Shown here one piece after another: positions 26,579 through 39,359 of a DNA stretch of 64,000 nucleotides. The position numbers and the translations under genes were made by a program. Source of the stretch: Eledone cirrhosa (lineage: Eukaryota); assembly GCA_964016885.1 (NCBI GenBank), contig OZ024743.1, positions 185,690,001 through 185,754,000 of the forward strand, written 5' to 3'. A model generated the notes under the pieces. That model did not search any database, had not been told where the DNA came from, and worked only from the letters and a program-made list of their open reading frames with translations. Position 1 is the first letter of the stretch. Every line of letters starts with the position of its first letter.

Positions 26579-26610
26579 ACGACGTTTCGGGCATAAGCCC
26601 TTCTTCGGGT
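26579..26610 (-). ncRNA. Minimal/degenerate hammerhead-like motif
   Basis: Minus: ac CCGAAGA a-gggc ttat gccc GAA acgt C gt; stem I only about 2 bp. Confidence 0.45.
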
Positions 26611-27908
26611 AAGAGTTCAAAAGGTGTGTAGGGGAGTGGTGGAGAGACATATAACGAAAGGAAACGGTGCGAATGAAAAATTAACAAATAAAGACAAAAT
26701 TATAATAAATAATAAATAAAAATAAAGCATGATCAAAATACAAGGAATGAGAAAATTTAAAAATAAAGGCATTATCAAAATAAACTGAAATTAAAAGGGG
26801 GGTAAACAGGTGGTGGAAGGGTGTGGGGTGAGTAGAGGTGGAGGCGGGTGGAGTGGGGAGAGGGAGACGGGGTGTCCGAGCGGGGAGGGCTGAAGGTGGT
26901 GTGTGTGGTTAGGTGTGCGTGTGTGTGTGTGTGTGTGTATGTGAAAGTGAGGGTTGGGGGAAGAACGGGGTTGCATGTTCAGGAAGGTGTGTGTGGGGGG
27001 TGTTTTTGTGTGTCGGAGGGTCTGTGCGTGTGTGGATAGGGGGTGGGGGGAGAGGAATCAGGGGGCTGAGGGTGTAAATATGTGGTGGGAAGCACGTGTG
27101 TGTGGTTTAAGCGTGTTGTGGGTGTGGGTGGCGTGTGGATAAAAAAATTTGTTTTGGGATGTGTGTGTGGGTGAGTTATATAGGTGATGGTGTTAGAGGA
27201 TGGTTGAAAAGTGGTAAGTTACACGGATGTTTGGAGATTTTGGTTGGAAGTCAAAACGCGTGTGGGTAATCCAAGAAGCGGTGGTCGGAAGAGGAGAGAT
27301 GTGGGGTGCGCGCGCAACAGGAAGTGGTCAGCAGTGGAAGTGCTGTGGTCAGTTGGTGCTGAGACAGTGGTCGGAAGGGCATAGCAGCAGTCAGCGGAAT
27401 GGTAGGGAGGCGAGGATGGGTAGGTGTGAGAGTTGGAGTGAGGAGGGTGTGTGTGTGTGTGTGTGTATTAGTAGGGGTGTTAGTGGGATGAGTGAGTGTG
27501 GAGTGGGGAGAGAAGGGTGTGTGTGGTTCTATGGAGGGAGTGTGGTGTACTGGTGTGTGTGTAGTTTGGTGAGGAGGTGTTAGTGGGTGTTAGTAGACGG
27601 GAGGTGGGGAGGGGTGGAATGCAGGTGTTAGTGGGGGTAGGGTGTGTAGAGTTGGTGGTGTACGAGGGTGTGTGGGTACGTGTGCGTGGGGTTGGAGGGT
27701 GTTAGTGATGTTAGTTGCGTGTGGGGTGGGTGGTGTAAGTGTGTGCGTGTGATAAGGAGGGGGGAGGAGGAGAAGAGGGGAGGGAAGGGATGTTAGTATG
27801 TTAGTTGGGGAGGAGTGGAGTGGGGGTGTTAGTATTGTTAGTGTGGGGTGGGCGGTGAAAAGGAGGGGTGTGTTAGTGGTGTTAGTGGGGGAGGGGGGCG
27901 GTCGAACG

Positions 27909-29548
27909 CTAAAGGAATAAGGGTGGGGAGTTCAGGCCGGGGGGGGGGTCTGTAAGATGAAGATAGTACGTTGTTCGACCGTGAGGCGATGGGCGGGTGT
28001 TCCGTGGCACTGGAGTAGGCCACAGACTGTGAGATGGTGTGCGGAGTGTCCAGGGCCACCAAAGTGGCGGGCGATGGGGGAACTGCCCCCGAGACGAATG
28101 TCCCGGAGGTGCTCCGTGACTCGGTCCGCCAGGCGGCGTCCCGTCTGTCCGACATAAGTCGCGCTGCACCTCGTGCAACGAAGTCCGTAGACTAGGTTGG
28201 AGGAGGTGCAGCGGAAGGCATGCCGGACCGAGAGAGGGTGGCCGTTGGGACCCTGGAAGGTGGTGGTGTTGGTGATGTGGGGACAAGTGTTGCAGCGGGG
28301 CCTAGAACAGGGGAAGGAACCGGGGGGGGAAACGGAGCGTGGGTTGGGGGGTAGGGAGCTGTGGACGAGGAGGGTGCGGAGATTGCGTGCGCGTATGAAG
28401 GAGGGGAGTGGTGGGGTTGGGAAGATGTGGGAGGTGGAGGGGTCGGACTGGAGGTGTCGGAAGAGGCGGCGGATGGTGCGGTGGAGGGGTGGTAGGTGAT
28501 GGGGAAGGGGAGACGGTGGGTGGGTGTGCGGTGGCGTGGGGTGTGGGTGGTAGAGCGGGGGATAGCACGGGCGCGGGTGAGAGCGGTGTGGACGAGAGAG
28601 GGGGAGTAACCTCTGCGGATGAAATGGCTGACTAGGGAAAGGGCCTGGGACTCGAAGTCAGCATCTCGGCTACAGAGGCGGCGGATCCTGAGAAGTTGGG
28701 AGTAGGGAATGGAGAGTTTAGTGTGGGTGGGGTGGGAAGAGGTGAAGTCGAGGTAAGAGTGGGAGTCGGTGGGTTTGAAGAAGGCGGAGGTGACGAGGGA
28801 GTGGTGGGAGGGGTCGAAGGCGACGGAGATGTCCAAGAAGTGGACGTGGGTGGTGGAGATAGAGGTGGTGAAGTGGAGGGAGGGGTGGAAGGAGCAGAAG
28901 AAGGAGAGAAAGGAGTCGAGCTGTACTCGGGTGAGGGTCGTGGCTCCGATACAGTCGTCAATGTAACGACCGTACAGTTCGGGCGTGGGGCCGGTGTACT
29001 GGGCAAAGATTTGGGCCTCAACATGGCCAACAAAAAGGTTGGCATAGTTCGGGCCCATTCTTGTGCCCATGGCTACCCCCGTGACCTGTTGGTAAAACTC
29101 ACCCGAGAAGGAGAAACAATTTAGGGTGAGGACCAGCTCGGCGAGGCGAAGGAGGGTGGGGGTGGAGGGAATGGGGGAGGGGCGAAGGTCGAGGTAGTGT
29201 TTGAGGGCGCGAAGGCCGTCGGCGTGGGGGATGACGGTATAGAGGGACTTGATGTCTAGGGTGAAGAGGAATGGCTGAGGGCCGGGTAGGTAGGTGAAGG
29301 AGTCGAAAAGGCGCAGGGCGTGGTTGGTGTCAGAGATGTGGGAGGGGAGGGTGGTGACAAGGGGGGCGAGGAGGGAGTCGAGAAAGGCGGAGATGAGTTC
29401 GGTGGGGCAGTTGCAAGCGGAGACGATGGGACGGCCGGGGTTGTCGGGTTTGTGGAGTTTGGGGAGGAAGTAGATGGTGGGGGTGCGGGGTGTGCGGACG
29501 ATGAGGTGGGAAGCGGTGGGGGGAAGGAGGGAGGAGGCGATAAGGTCT
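27909..29548 (-). pseudogene. PLE reverse transcriptase + Zn linker + GIY-YIG, frameshifted
   Basis: LPKLHK...GRPIVS, LDIKSLYT, GVAMGTRMGPNYANLF, RYIDD; then PCSRPRCNTCPH and LVYGLRCTRC..YVGQT in another frame. Confidence 0.88.
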
Positions 29549-29557
29549 TTGTATGTA

Positions 29558-29646
<89 letters not shown>

Positions 29647-29801
29647 TGTTATACTTTGGGAGGGTCATGTTGCCAATAAGAAACACACGCACCAGTTGCT
29701 TTCACTTCAATTTAATTTATTAAATATTTATAAATTTACAAATTTATAAATTTCTGGTTGGTTGGTTGGTTCCACAACCAGATAGTTGTTTATATATATA
29801 T

Positions 29802-29846
29802 AGTCATAGTTCTTTCGTCACACACTCTGTGACCTCTTCAGTGACT
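29802..29846 (-). ncRNA. Hammerhead, mirror copy
   Basis: Reverse complement of 29964-30008. Confidence 0.62.
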
Positions 29847-29963
29847 GGGGATTTCTTTCTTCGTTTCTGTGCCTTTCCTTTCTTCTATCCTACGCCATTT
29901 TGTTTAACAAAATGGCGTAGGATAGAAGAAAGGAAAGGCACAGAAACGAAGAAAGAAATCCCC

Positions 29964-30008
29964 AGTCACTGAAGAGGTCACAGAGTGTGTGACGAAAGAA
30001 CTATGACT
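29964..30008 (+). ncRNA. Minimal type I hammerhead ribozyme
   Basis: agtca CTGAAGA g gtcaca gagtg tgtgac GAA ag aa ct A tgact. Confidence 0.68.
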
Positions 30009-30237
30009 ATATATATATAAACAACTATCTGGTTGTGGAACCAACCAACCAACCAGAAATTTATAAATTTGTAAATTTATAAATATTTAATAAATTAAAT
30101 TGAAGTGAAAGCAACTGGTGCGTGTGTTTCTTATTGGCAACATGACCCTCCCAAAGTATAACAATATCGGTTTCAACACACGATTTCAGATAAAGAATCT
30201 TGCTAAACAAATTCAGAAACGAAATATATATATATAT

Positions 30238-30917
<680 letters not shown>

Positions 30918-31894
30918 GTGGACAGCTTCCGTTACCTGGGCGATAAAATCAGCAGTGGGGGAGGGTGCTCTGAAAGTACTGTAGCTAGAGTCAGAACTGG
31001 TTGGAAAAAGTTCAGAGAGCTTATACCACTATTAGCTGCTAAAGGGTTCTCCCTAAAAATGAAAGGCAGGTTGTACGATGCCTGCATACGAACAGCAATG
31101 TTGCATGGCAGTGAGACCTGGGCATTGTGTGCAGAGGATATACGCAGACTAGAGAGGAACGAAGCTTGCATGCTCCGCTGGATGTGTAACAGTAATATAC
31201 GTGAACGGCAAAGCATAAACGAACTAAGGAAAAAATTAGAGATAAGAGGGATCAGATGTTGTTTACTCGAGAGAAGGCTACGTTGGTATGGACACATGAT
31301 GCGCATGAAAGTCGATAGCTGTATAACAAAGTGCAGGGCAATAAAGATAGACGGTAGCCACGGAATAGGCAGACCTAGAAAAACCTGGGACGAGCTGATA
31401 AACTACGACCTCACACACTTACACCTCTCCAAGACAATGTCACTGGACCGAGACCTTTGGCGGTACTCAATAACAGAGAAGACCCGCCTTACCTAAATAT
31501 ATAGTAAAACCTACTACAGCCAGTAGGCATCTCTAACAAAATACACCCCGTCCCGCCACCACTCCCACCCATCCACACCACCCCGTCCTATGTAAAGTTA
31601 TGTTGGTGCCACACCATCCAGGCCGAAACAAATGAGATCGTGTAGGTGTCACGACAAAAAAACACACAGTCCACGCTGTAATGTGGCCGTGTAGGCAACA
31701 CGGTAAAAACCTCCCAGCCCCACACTGTAAATGTGGTTGGTGTTAGGAAGGGCATCCAACTGTAGAAAACCTGCCAGATAGTCCTATGCGAGCAAGACAA
31801 TCACTCTTGCCTCAAGTGGGACTACCCCCGTCCAAACCCATGCAAGCGTGGAACACGGACGTTAAACGTTGATGATGATGATGATGATGATGAT
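30918..31894 (+). mobile_element. RTE family A 3' fragment
   Basis: VDSFRYLGD...EKTRLT* plus UTR and (GAT)n tail. Confidence 0.93.
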
Positions 31895-31896
31895 AT

Positions 31897-32604
31897 ATTA
31901 CCGACAGTACTGATACAAAATCAAAATCAAAATCGTCAAAATCACTATCATGTCAACTGTTGACCTTTCCCAGTCCAGTTCGGCTTGTATATAATAATAA
32001 TAACAATAATAATTGTTTGCTTTACGCTGGTAATGGCGGTGGTGGATGGTGTCAATGTGGGGGTGGTGGATGGTATCAGTGTGGTGGTGGTGGATGGTCA
32101 GTGATGGTGGTGGCAGTTGTTGGTGCTGTAGTTGTTATTGTAGTTGTTGTCGTTGTTGCTGTTGTTGTTGTCCATTTCACTGCTGCTGTTGCTGCAGACA
32201 ATGGTGTTGATGCTGTTATTGCTGTCGCATATATACAAATACAGACACACACACACATTCAACACAGACGATGGTGTTGTTGCTGTTGTTGTTGGTGTTG
32301 CTGCTGTTGTTGTTGTAGTTGTTGCTGTGTTGAAATCTGGTCGCATCCACTGAGATATACATATACACACACATACACATATGTATATACACATACATAC
32401 ATCAAAAGAGAGTCAGCAGTAAGTCAACAGGGGACAGGACAGCGACCTTAGAGTAATGTGGTGATGGTGGGGAGCGAGTGTAGGCGTTATTGTTATTGTG
32501 GTGACGGGGGGGTCAGTGAGATGTTACAAGTTCATAGATCACTTCTCTCTTTTCCTCTCTCTTCAAAATTTTGAATTTATGGCCTTTTGCAATGGCGGAC
32601 AAGT
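31897..32604 (+). repeat. Unclassified interspersed repeat with internal (GGT)n/(GTT)n tracts
   Basis: Ends (cagtactgatacaa...; aattttgaatttatggcc...gcaatgg) and interior recur inverted at about 61228-62790. Confidence 0.7.
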
Positions 32605-32949
32605 ATATATAATATATATATATGAAGCAAAGAAAAGAAAATTTTCACTGATATGAAAGATTTCCTGGTAGAAGTTCAGGTGTATTCAGTGATTGGTATC
32701 CATATTATATATACATACATATTATATATATATTCATATTATATATATATATATATATATCGGTTCATTCATCTATATATCTATAATTCTGTCTCACTGT
32801 TCTAAATAATCTTCCTGCAACCATTTTGGCCGAAAATATTTTACAGGATTCATAGAAATGGCCTCTCTCGGCCCGCAAAAATCGCCTCTCACCCTCTCTC
32901 TATCATATACGTCGTTCTCTCACCCCCTGCCAACCAAATATAAATAAGT

Positions 32950-34125
32950 CTGCTCCTCGCAAACTACCCCATACCCCTCCCCCACTTTCCACCTTATTAT
33001 TTGGACCAATTACAAGTCAACAGCCTATGCTATCACTTCTGGTTGCTTTTCGATATGATGGATGAACTAGGGAATTTCTGGAGAGTCTGAAGAATCTGGA
33101 CACCCGAAGACAATGCCAAAGATAACGAAAAATTCACCTCATGCTGCCGGACGAAAGGGCAATGCCCCCCTCTCTTTGTTGCGGCTGCGGATGGCCAACA
33201 TAACCCCAACCCCATCCACCTCACCCCTCCCTGCACCCCACCCACCAAACGCAATCCAAAACTTCAGAGTTGGTACCATGAATGTAGGCTCTAAGGAGGT
33301 TGTAGAAATGCTTGAACCTAAGGAGGTTGATGTTTGCTGTATCCAAGAGACCAGGTGGAGGGGCGGGTCTGCTAGATTCATTGTGGGTAAAAAACGATGC
33401 TATAAGCTTTTCTGGGTGGGAAATGACAATGGGCTGGATGGGGTAGGAATCATGTTAGCAGAAAAATGGGTGGATAAGATAATAGACGTAAATAGAGTAA
33501 ATGACAATAATTAAAATAAGACTTGTTCTAAATAGAACTACTGTGACGATAATATCTGCGTACGTACCCCAATCCGGACTGCCTGGCGCTATAAAAGACA
33601 GTTTCTATGAGACACTGATGCTCACTACCTCCCAAATAACCGACAGTGACTATATAATTATTGCTGGCGACCTAAATGGTTACGTTGGACAACATTGTGA
33701 CGGCTATGATGGAATCCACGGAGGCTATGGGTTTGGTACTAGAAATGAGGAAGGCTCCAGAATCCTGGAATTCTGTGACGCAAATAACCTAACTATCTGT
33801 AACACTAACTTCAAAAAACGAGACAATCACTTGATCACCTACAGATCAGGGGAACATACCAGCCAGGTAGATTACGTCCTTACCAGAAGACGTGACAGAG
33901 TGTCTGTTGTAAACACTAAATCCCTCCCCCATGAAGAATGCACCTCCCAACATAGACTGATAATTAGCGACCTCATAGTCAGAACGAGACGTACTCGACA
34001 GCAGAAGAGGACTATCCTCAGGAGAAAAATATGGAAGCTAAAGGACCCTACAGCCAGAAATAAATTTAAAAGCATATTACTTGATGCTTTTGACAGTAAG
34101 GAAGAGCATTTAGAGTCGTACAACT
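32950..34125 (+). mobile_element. RTE family A 5' fragment (UTR + APE, frameshifted)
   Basis: ORFs 33113-33514 and 33501-34127. Confidence 0.9.
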
Positions 34126-34514
34126 GACTGTAGTAGGTTTTACTTTGTATTTAGGTAAGGCGGGTCTTCTCTATTACTGAGTGCCGCCAAAGATCTCGTT
34201 CCAGTGACATTGTCTTGGAGAGGTGTAAGTGTGTGAGGTCGGAGTTTATCAGGTCGTCCCAGGTTTTTCTGGGTCTGTCTACTCCGTGGCTACCGTCTAT
34301 CTTTATTGCCCTGCACTTTTTTATACAGCTATCGTCTTCCAACATAGCCTTTTTTATACAGCTGTCGTCTTCCAACGTAGCCTTCTCTCGAGTAAATAAC
34401 ATCTGATCCCTCTTATTTCTAATTTTTCCCTTAGTTCGTTTATGCTTTGTCGTTCGCGTATATTACTATAACACATCCAGCGGAGCATGCAAGCTTTGTT
34501 CCTCTCTAGTCTGC
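34126..34514 (-). mobile_element. RTE family A C-terminal fragment, inverted against the 5' fragment
   Basis: ORF 34151-34402 ending IEKTRLT. Confidence 0.88.
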
Positions 34515-35517
<1,003 letters not shown>

Positions 35518-36144
35518 GATGGATGTGTAACAGTAATATACGTGAACGACAAAGCATAAATGAATTGAGAGAGAGACTGAGCATAAGAGGAATCAAATGC
35601 TGCGTGCAGGAGAGGCGGTTACGCTGGTATGGACATGTGATGCGTATGAAGGATGACAGCTGCATAAAAAGGTGCAGAGCACTAGAAGTTGATGGAAACC
35701 GCGGAGTGGGGAGACCCAAGATGACTTGGGATGAGGTGATAAAAGCCGACCTTACCCAACTACACCTCTCAAAGTCAATGACACACGACCGTGACTTCTG
35801 GCGTCACGCAGTAATACAGGGTACCCGACCTCCCATGGGTACATGCTGAAGCATATAAACAATATGCCCCCCCCCCCACCGCAAGGTGGTCGTGGAGGTG
35901 CCACGGCAAAAAAGCACCCAGCCCACACTGTAAAGTGGACGTGTAGGCGCCACGAAAAAGCACCCAGCACTCACTGTAAATGAGGTTGGTGTTAGGAAGG
36001 GCATCCAGCTGTAGAAATCAAGCCAGATCAGTTCCTGTATGAGCAAGGCATGGTCAGCCGACCAGACACTGCCCACAACAGGACAACCCGTCTAACCCAT
36101 GCTAGCGTGGAAGAACGGACGTAAAACGGTGATGATGATGATGA

Positions 36145-36148
<4 letters not shown>
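35518..36148 (+). mobile_element. RTE family B 3' fragment
   Basis: ORF 35523-35849, UTR, (GAT)n tail. Confidence 0.93.
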
Positions 36149-36190
<42 letters not shown>

Positions 36191-36464
36191 ATATATATAT
36201 ATATATATACATGTAGATAAATCTACCAAAAGTTTACGGTAGTGTCCAATCCGTATGAAGAACTCAATGTAATCCGGATATCATGAAAAGAAGAGATGCA
36301 TTCAAAAATCACTTTCGGTGAAAGATAAACGGAAAACAGAGTCAAGATAAATTATTAAAAAAATAATGAATAAACAAAGAAACAGTTCCTTATATTAAAC
36401 AAAAAAATCAAAAAAATCTAAAAAAATCCATGTCCACTCGGACAAAACTGGAAACCTATATCAC

Positions 36465-38552
36465 ATGGATATTGAAAATTACAATGAGTTCATATATAAA
36501 GAACTCAGGAAAAATTATAGAAAAACAAATAATGCGTCACTCACCAACATCAACAACAAAACACACAACATAGTGAATAAACTAAATATTGAAGATAGAA
36601 CTGAACCTTTGGCATTGAAAAGACCACACTTCAACCTGAAAGATCATAAATCAAACTTTAACTCTAATCCTTCTATAAGACTTATATGTCCCTCCAAATC
36701 AGATATTGGAATAATTAGCAAAAAAATTTTAGATAGAGTCATCCCACAACTAAGAAAACATGTTAATTTACCACTCTGGGAAAACACATCCCAGGTAATT
36801 AACTGGTTTAATAATATTAGAAATAGATCCTCTGCTTCATTTCTACAATTTGATATAGATAATTACTATTCTTCTATATCACCTATACTCCTGAACAAAG
36901 CTTTGATATTTGCTAAAAATAGATCTAACTTAACTTTGGATGACATTAATATTATTACACATGCTAGACTAACACTTATTGAATTTCAGAATGAATACTG
37001 GACCAGAAACACATATAGTAATCTATTTGATATTACTATGGGCTCAAGCGATTCTGCCCAAATTACTGATCTTGTGGGCCTCTTTCTTCTTTTCAACATA
37101 AATGCTTCCTTTCCCCACCTTAAAGGTGGTTTATATCGTGATGACTGTCTTCTTCTTTCCAACAACCTTAGCCTCTCAGGAATAGAAAAAAACAAAAAGC
37201 TTATTAGAACTTTCCTTAAAGACTATTATAGTCTAGATATTACTTTTGAAAACACAAGTAAAGTAGTTAATTTCCTAGATATAACTTTAGACTTGGCTAC
37301 GGGTATCTACCAACCTTACCATAAACCCAACCAAAACTTACACTACATACACTCACAATCTAATCACCCTAAATCTATCCTTAAAAACCTTGCATATAAT
37401 ATATCACTTAGAATTTCTAACCTTTCGTCTAACCAAGATGTATTTGATAAAAATGCGACCTTCTATAACGAAGCTCTAGCTAGAAGTGGCCACAAAAATA
37501 GATTGGAATATATACCTTCTACCAATAACACTATAAACATACAACCTAATATTACCAACAAACACCAAATGAAACGTACACACCTAAATGCCACTCACAC
37601 TATACCCCAAAATACCAACATAAAACCAAATTTCTCTAACTCCTCTAATATAAAGTATAGTAACTCTCAAAAAACTACTCATCATACAACTCTAATAAAT
37701 GTTAATAATAAAACTCCTAATAAACAAGCTAAAACACCTAAATCAATAAATCTAACTAAAAATGTGTGTGGAGAGGTCATTAACAATAATCCTCCTAGTA
37801 AACATCAGGATGCATCCTATAAAAACAATAAACAACATAGAAACCGTAATAGACGTGTTACTTGGTATAATGCTCCATTTAATTTACAAATTAAGGATAA
37901 TATACCTAAAAAATTCTTTAATATCCTAGAGAAAAACTTCCCGCCAAACCACAAATACCATCAAATCTTAAATAGATCAACAGTTAAATTCTCATACTCA
38001 ACAACCAAAAACATAAAACAAAATATAAGTGCCTATAATGCATATAAATGTAAAAAAACCATAAGTATACCACCAGTACATCAAACTAGCCATAATATCT
38101 CCTCAAATACAGAATTAACGAAAGGTTGTAACTGTAGAAACAAGGCAAACTGCCCATTAAAAGGAAATTGTCTTGTTAACAACATAGTATATAAATGTAA
38201 AGTTAAAACTAAGGATTCTATTTGCTCATATATAGGAGCTACTTCTAACAATTTTAAGATAAGATTTAATACCCACAAACATAGTTTTAAAAATGCCGCA
38301 CTGGCTAATACAACATCTCTAGCAGAAAAAATTAATAGTTATAGAAATAGGAATATAGAATATGATATGACCTGGAGTGTGCTCAAAAGAGCCACCCCTT
38401 ATCAAAATAATAGAAATGAATGTAGATTGTGTTCCCAAGAACTATTTGAAATAATGAAATCTAAGGATATCCTATTAAATAAGCGACAGGAATTAATAAT
38501 ATCGTGTAATCATAAACTGAGAAAAACATTTAAATATTATAAACCTAATTAA
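36465..38552 (+). CDS. Penelope-like RT + GIY-YIG endonuclease ORF, 695 aa, uninterrupted (probably N-terminally truncated)
   Basis: In-frame upstream SDKTGNLY; LKDHK, QFDIDNYY, FDITMGS, GLYRDD, CNCRNKANCPLKGNC, IVYKC..YIGAT, CRLC...LNKRQEL...CNH. Confidence 0.92.
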   Translation: MDIENYNEFIYKELRKNYRKTNNASLTNINNKTHNIVNKLNIEDRTEPLALKRPHFNLKDHKSNFNSNPSIRLICPSKSDIGIISKKILDRVIPQLRKHVNLPLWENTSQVINWFNNIRNRSSASFLQFDIDNYYSSISPILLNKALIFAKNRSNLTLDDINIITHARLTLIEFQNEYWTRNTYSNLFDITMGSSDSAQITDLVGLFLLFNINASFPHLKGGLYRDDCLLLSNNLSLSGIEKNKKLIRTFLKDYYSLDITFENTSKVVNFLDITLDLATGIYQPYHKPNQNLHYIHSQSNHPKSILKNLAYNISLRISNLSSNQDVFDKNATFYNEALARSGHKNRLEYIPSTNNTINIQPNITNKHQMKRTHLNATHTIPQNTNIKPNFSNSSNIKYSNSQKTTHHTTLINVNNKTPNKQAKTPKSINLTKNVCGEVINNNPPSKHQDASYKNNKQHRNRNRRVTWYNAPFNLQIKDNIPKKFFNILEKNFPPNHKYHQILNRSTVKFSYSTTKNIKQNISAYNAYKCKKTISIPPVHQTSHNISSNTELTKGCNCRNKANCPLKGNCLVNNIVYKCKVKTKDSICSYIGATSNNFKIRFNTHKHSFKNAALANTTSLAEKINSYRNRNIEYDMTWSVLKRATPYQNNRNECRLCSQELFEIMKSKDILLNKRQELIISCNHKLRKTFKYYKPN

Positions 38553-38848
38553 TAATATATATTTTAGAAATTAATATATAAATTAATTTTAATGTAGTTA
38601 ACCTATAATTTTAATTTAATTAAAATTCTACTACAGATGAAATTAAAAAATATCGTATAATCATAAACTGAGAAAAACATTTAAATATTATTAACCTAAT
38701 TAATATATACTTTGGAAATTAATATATAGATTAATTTTAGTTTATTTAACCTATTATTAAAATTCTTTTACAGATGAAATACAACAAAATATCGTGTAAT
38801 TAAAAACGGAGAAATACTTTTTAATATTATAAACCTAATTAATATACA
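38499..38848 (+). repeat. About 2.4 tandem copies (about 140-150 bp) of the PLE ORF 3' end
   Basis: aatatcgtgtaat...aaacctaattaat recurs at about 38499, 38649 and 38788. Confidence 0.8.
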
Positions 38849-39280
38849 AAGCATTTCTACAACCTCGTTAGCGCGACCCTTTAGGGTGCCTACATTTACG
38901 GTACCAACTCTGAAGTTTTGGATTGCGTTTGGGGGTGGGGTGGGGGGGGTTATGTTAGCCGTCCGCGGTCGAAACAAAGAGGAGTGCTCGCATTCTCGTC
39001 CACGAGGTGAATTTGTCTTTAACTTTGGCATTTTCGCTGAGCGTCCAGATTTTTCTCTCCCTTCCACTCTCCAGGATTCCGCAGTCCATCCATCCATCCA
39101 TCATATATCGAAAGGCAACCGGGCAAGCGATAGTATAGGCCTCTGGCTTATGATTGGTCCGCGTAATAATAATAATGGTGATGCGTGGGGGCTCTGGCTT
39201 ATGATTGGTCCACGTAATAACAATGGTGGTGTGTGGGGGCGGGTGGAAGGGGTGTTGGGTAGCTAGCTGGAAGGTTAGGA
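38849..39280 (-). mobile_element. RTE family A 5' end with duplicated CCAAT-containing UTR segment
   Basis: MPKLKTNSPRG...EVVEML; ctggcttatgattggtcc occurs twice. Confidence 0.9.
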
Positions 39281-39359
39281 TTGTTTAACAAGCGATTAAC
39301 AAAAAACAAAAATGCAAGATTTGTTCTGTTCAATACGACAAAAACTCCCGTATATATAT

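Larger units (their letters stand above)
26491..29548 (-). mobile_element. GC-rich Penelope-like element (Neptune-type), 5' truncated
   Basis: RT and GIY-YIG coding region, long C/A-rich 3' spacer, terminal hammerhead-like motif. Confidence 0.9.
29643..30223. mobile_element. Fold-back hammerhead mini-element (arms about 260 bp, axis at 29905, unpaired tip 30168-30223)
   Basis: ...cgccattttgtt t aacaaaatggcg...; same family at 45928-46140 and 46403-46518. Confidence 0.9.

Noticed and set aside
28197-29679. Plus-strand Gly/Glu-rich ORFs
   Set aside because: Antisense shadows of the C-rich PLE coding strand
31960-32451. Gly/Val/Cys-rich 163-aa ORF
   Set aside because: Made of trinucleotide repeats inside an interspersed repeat
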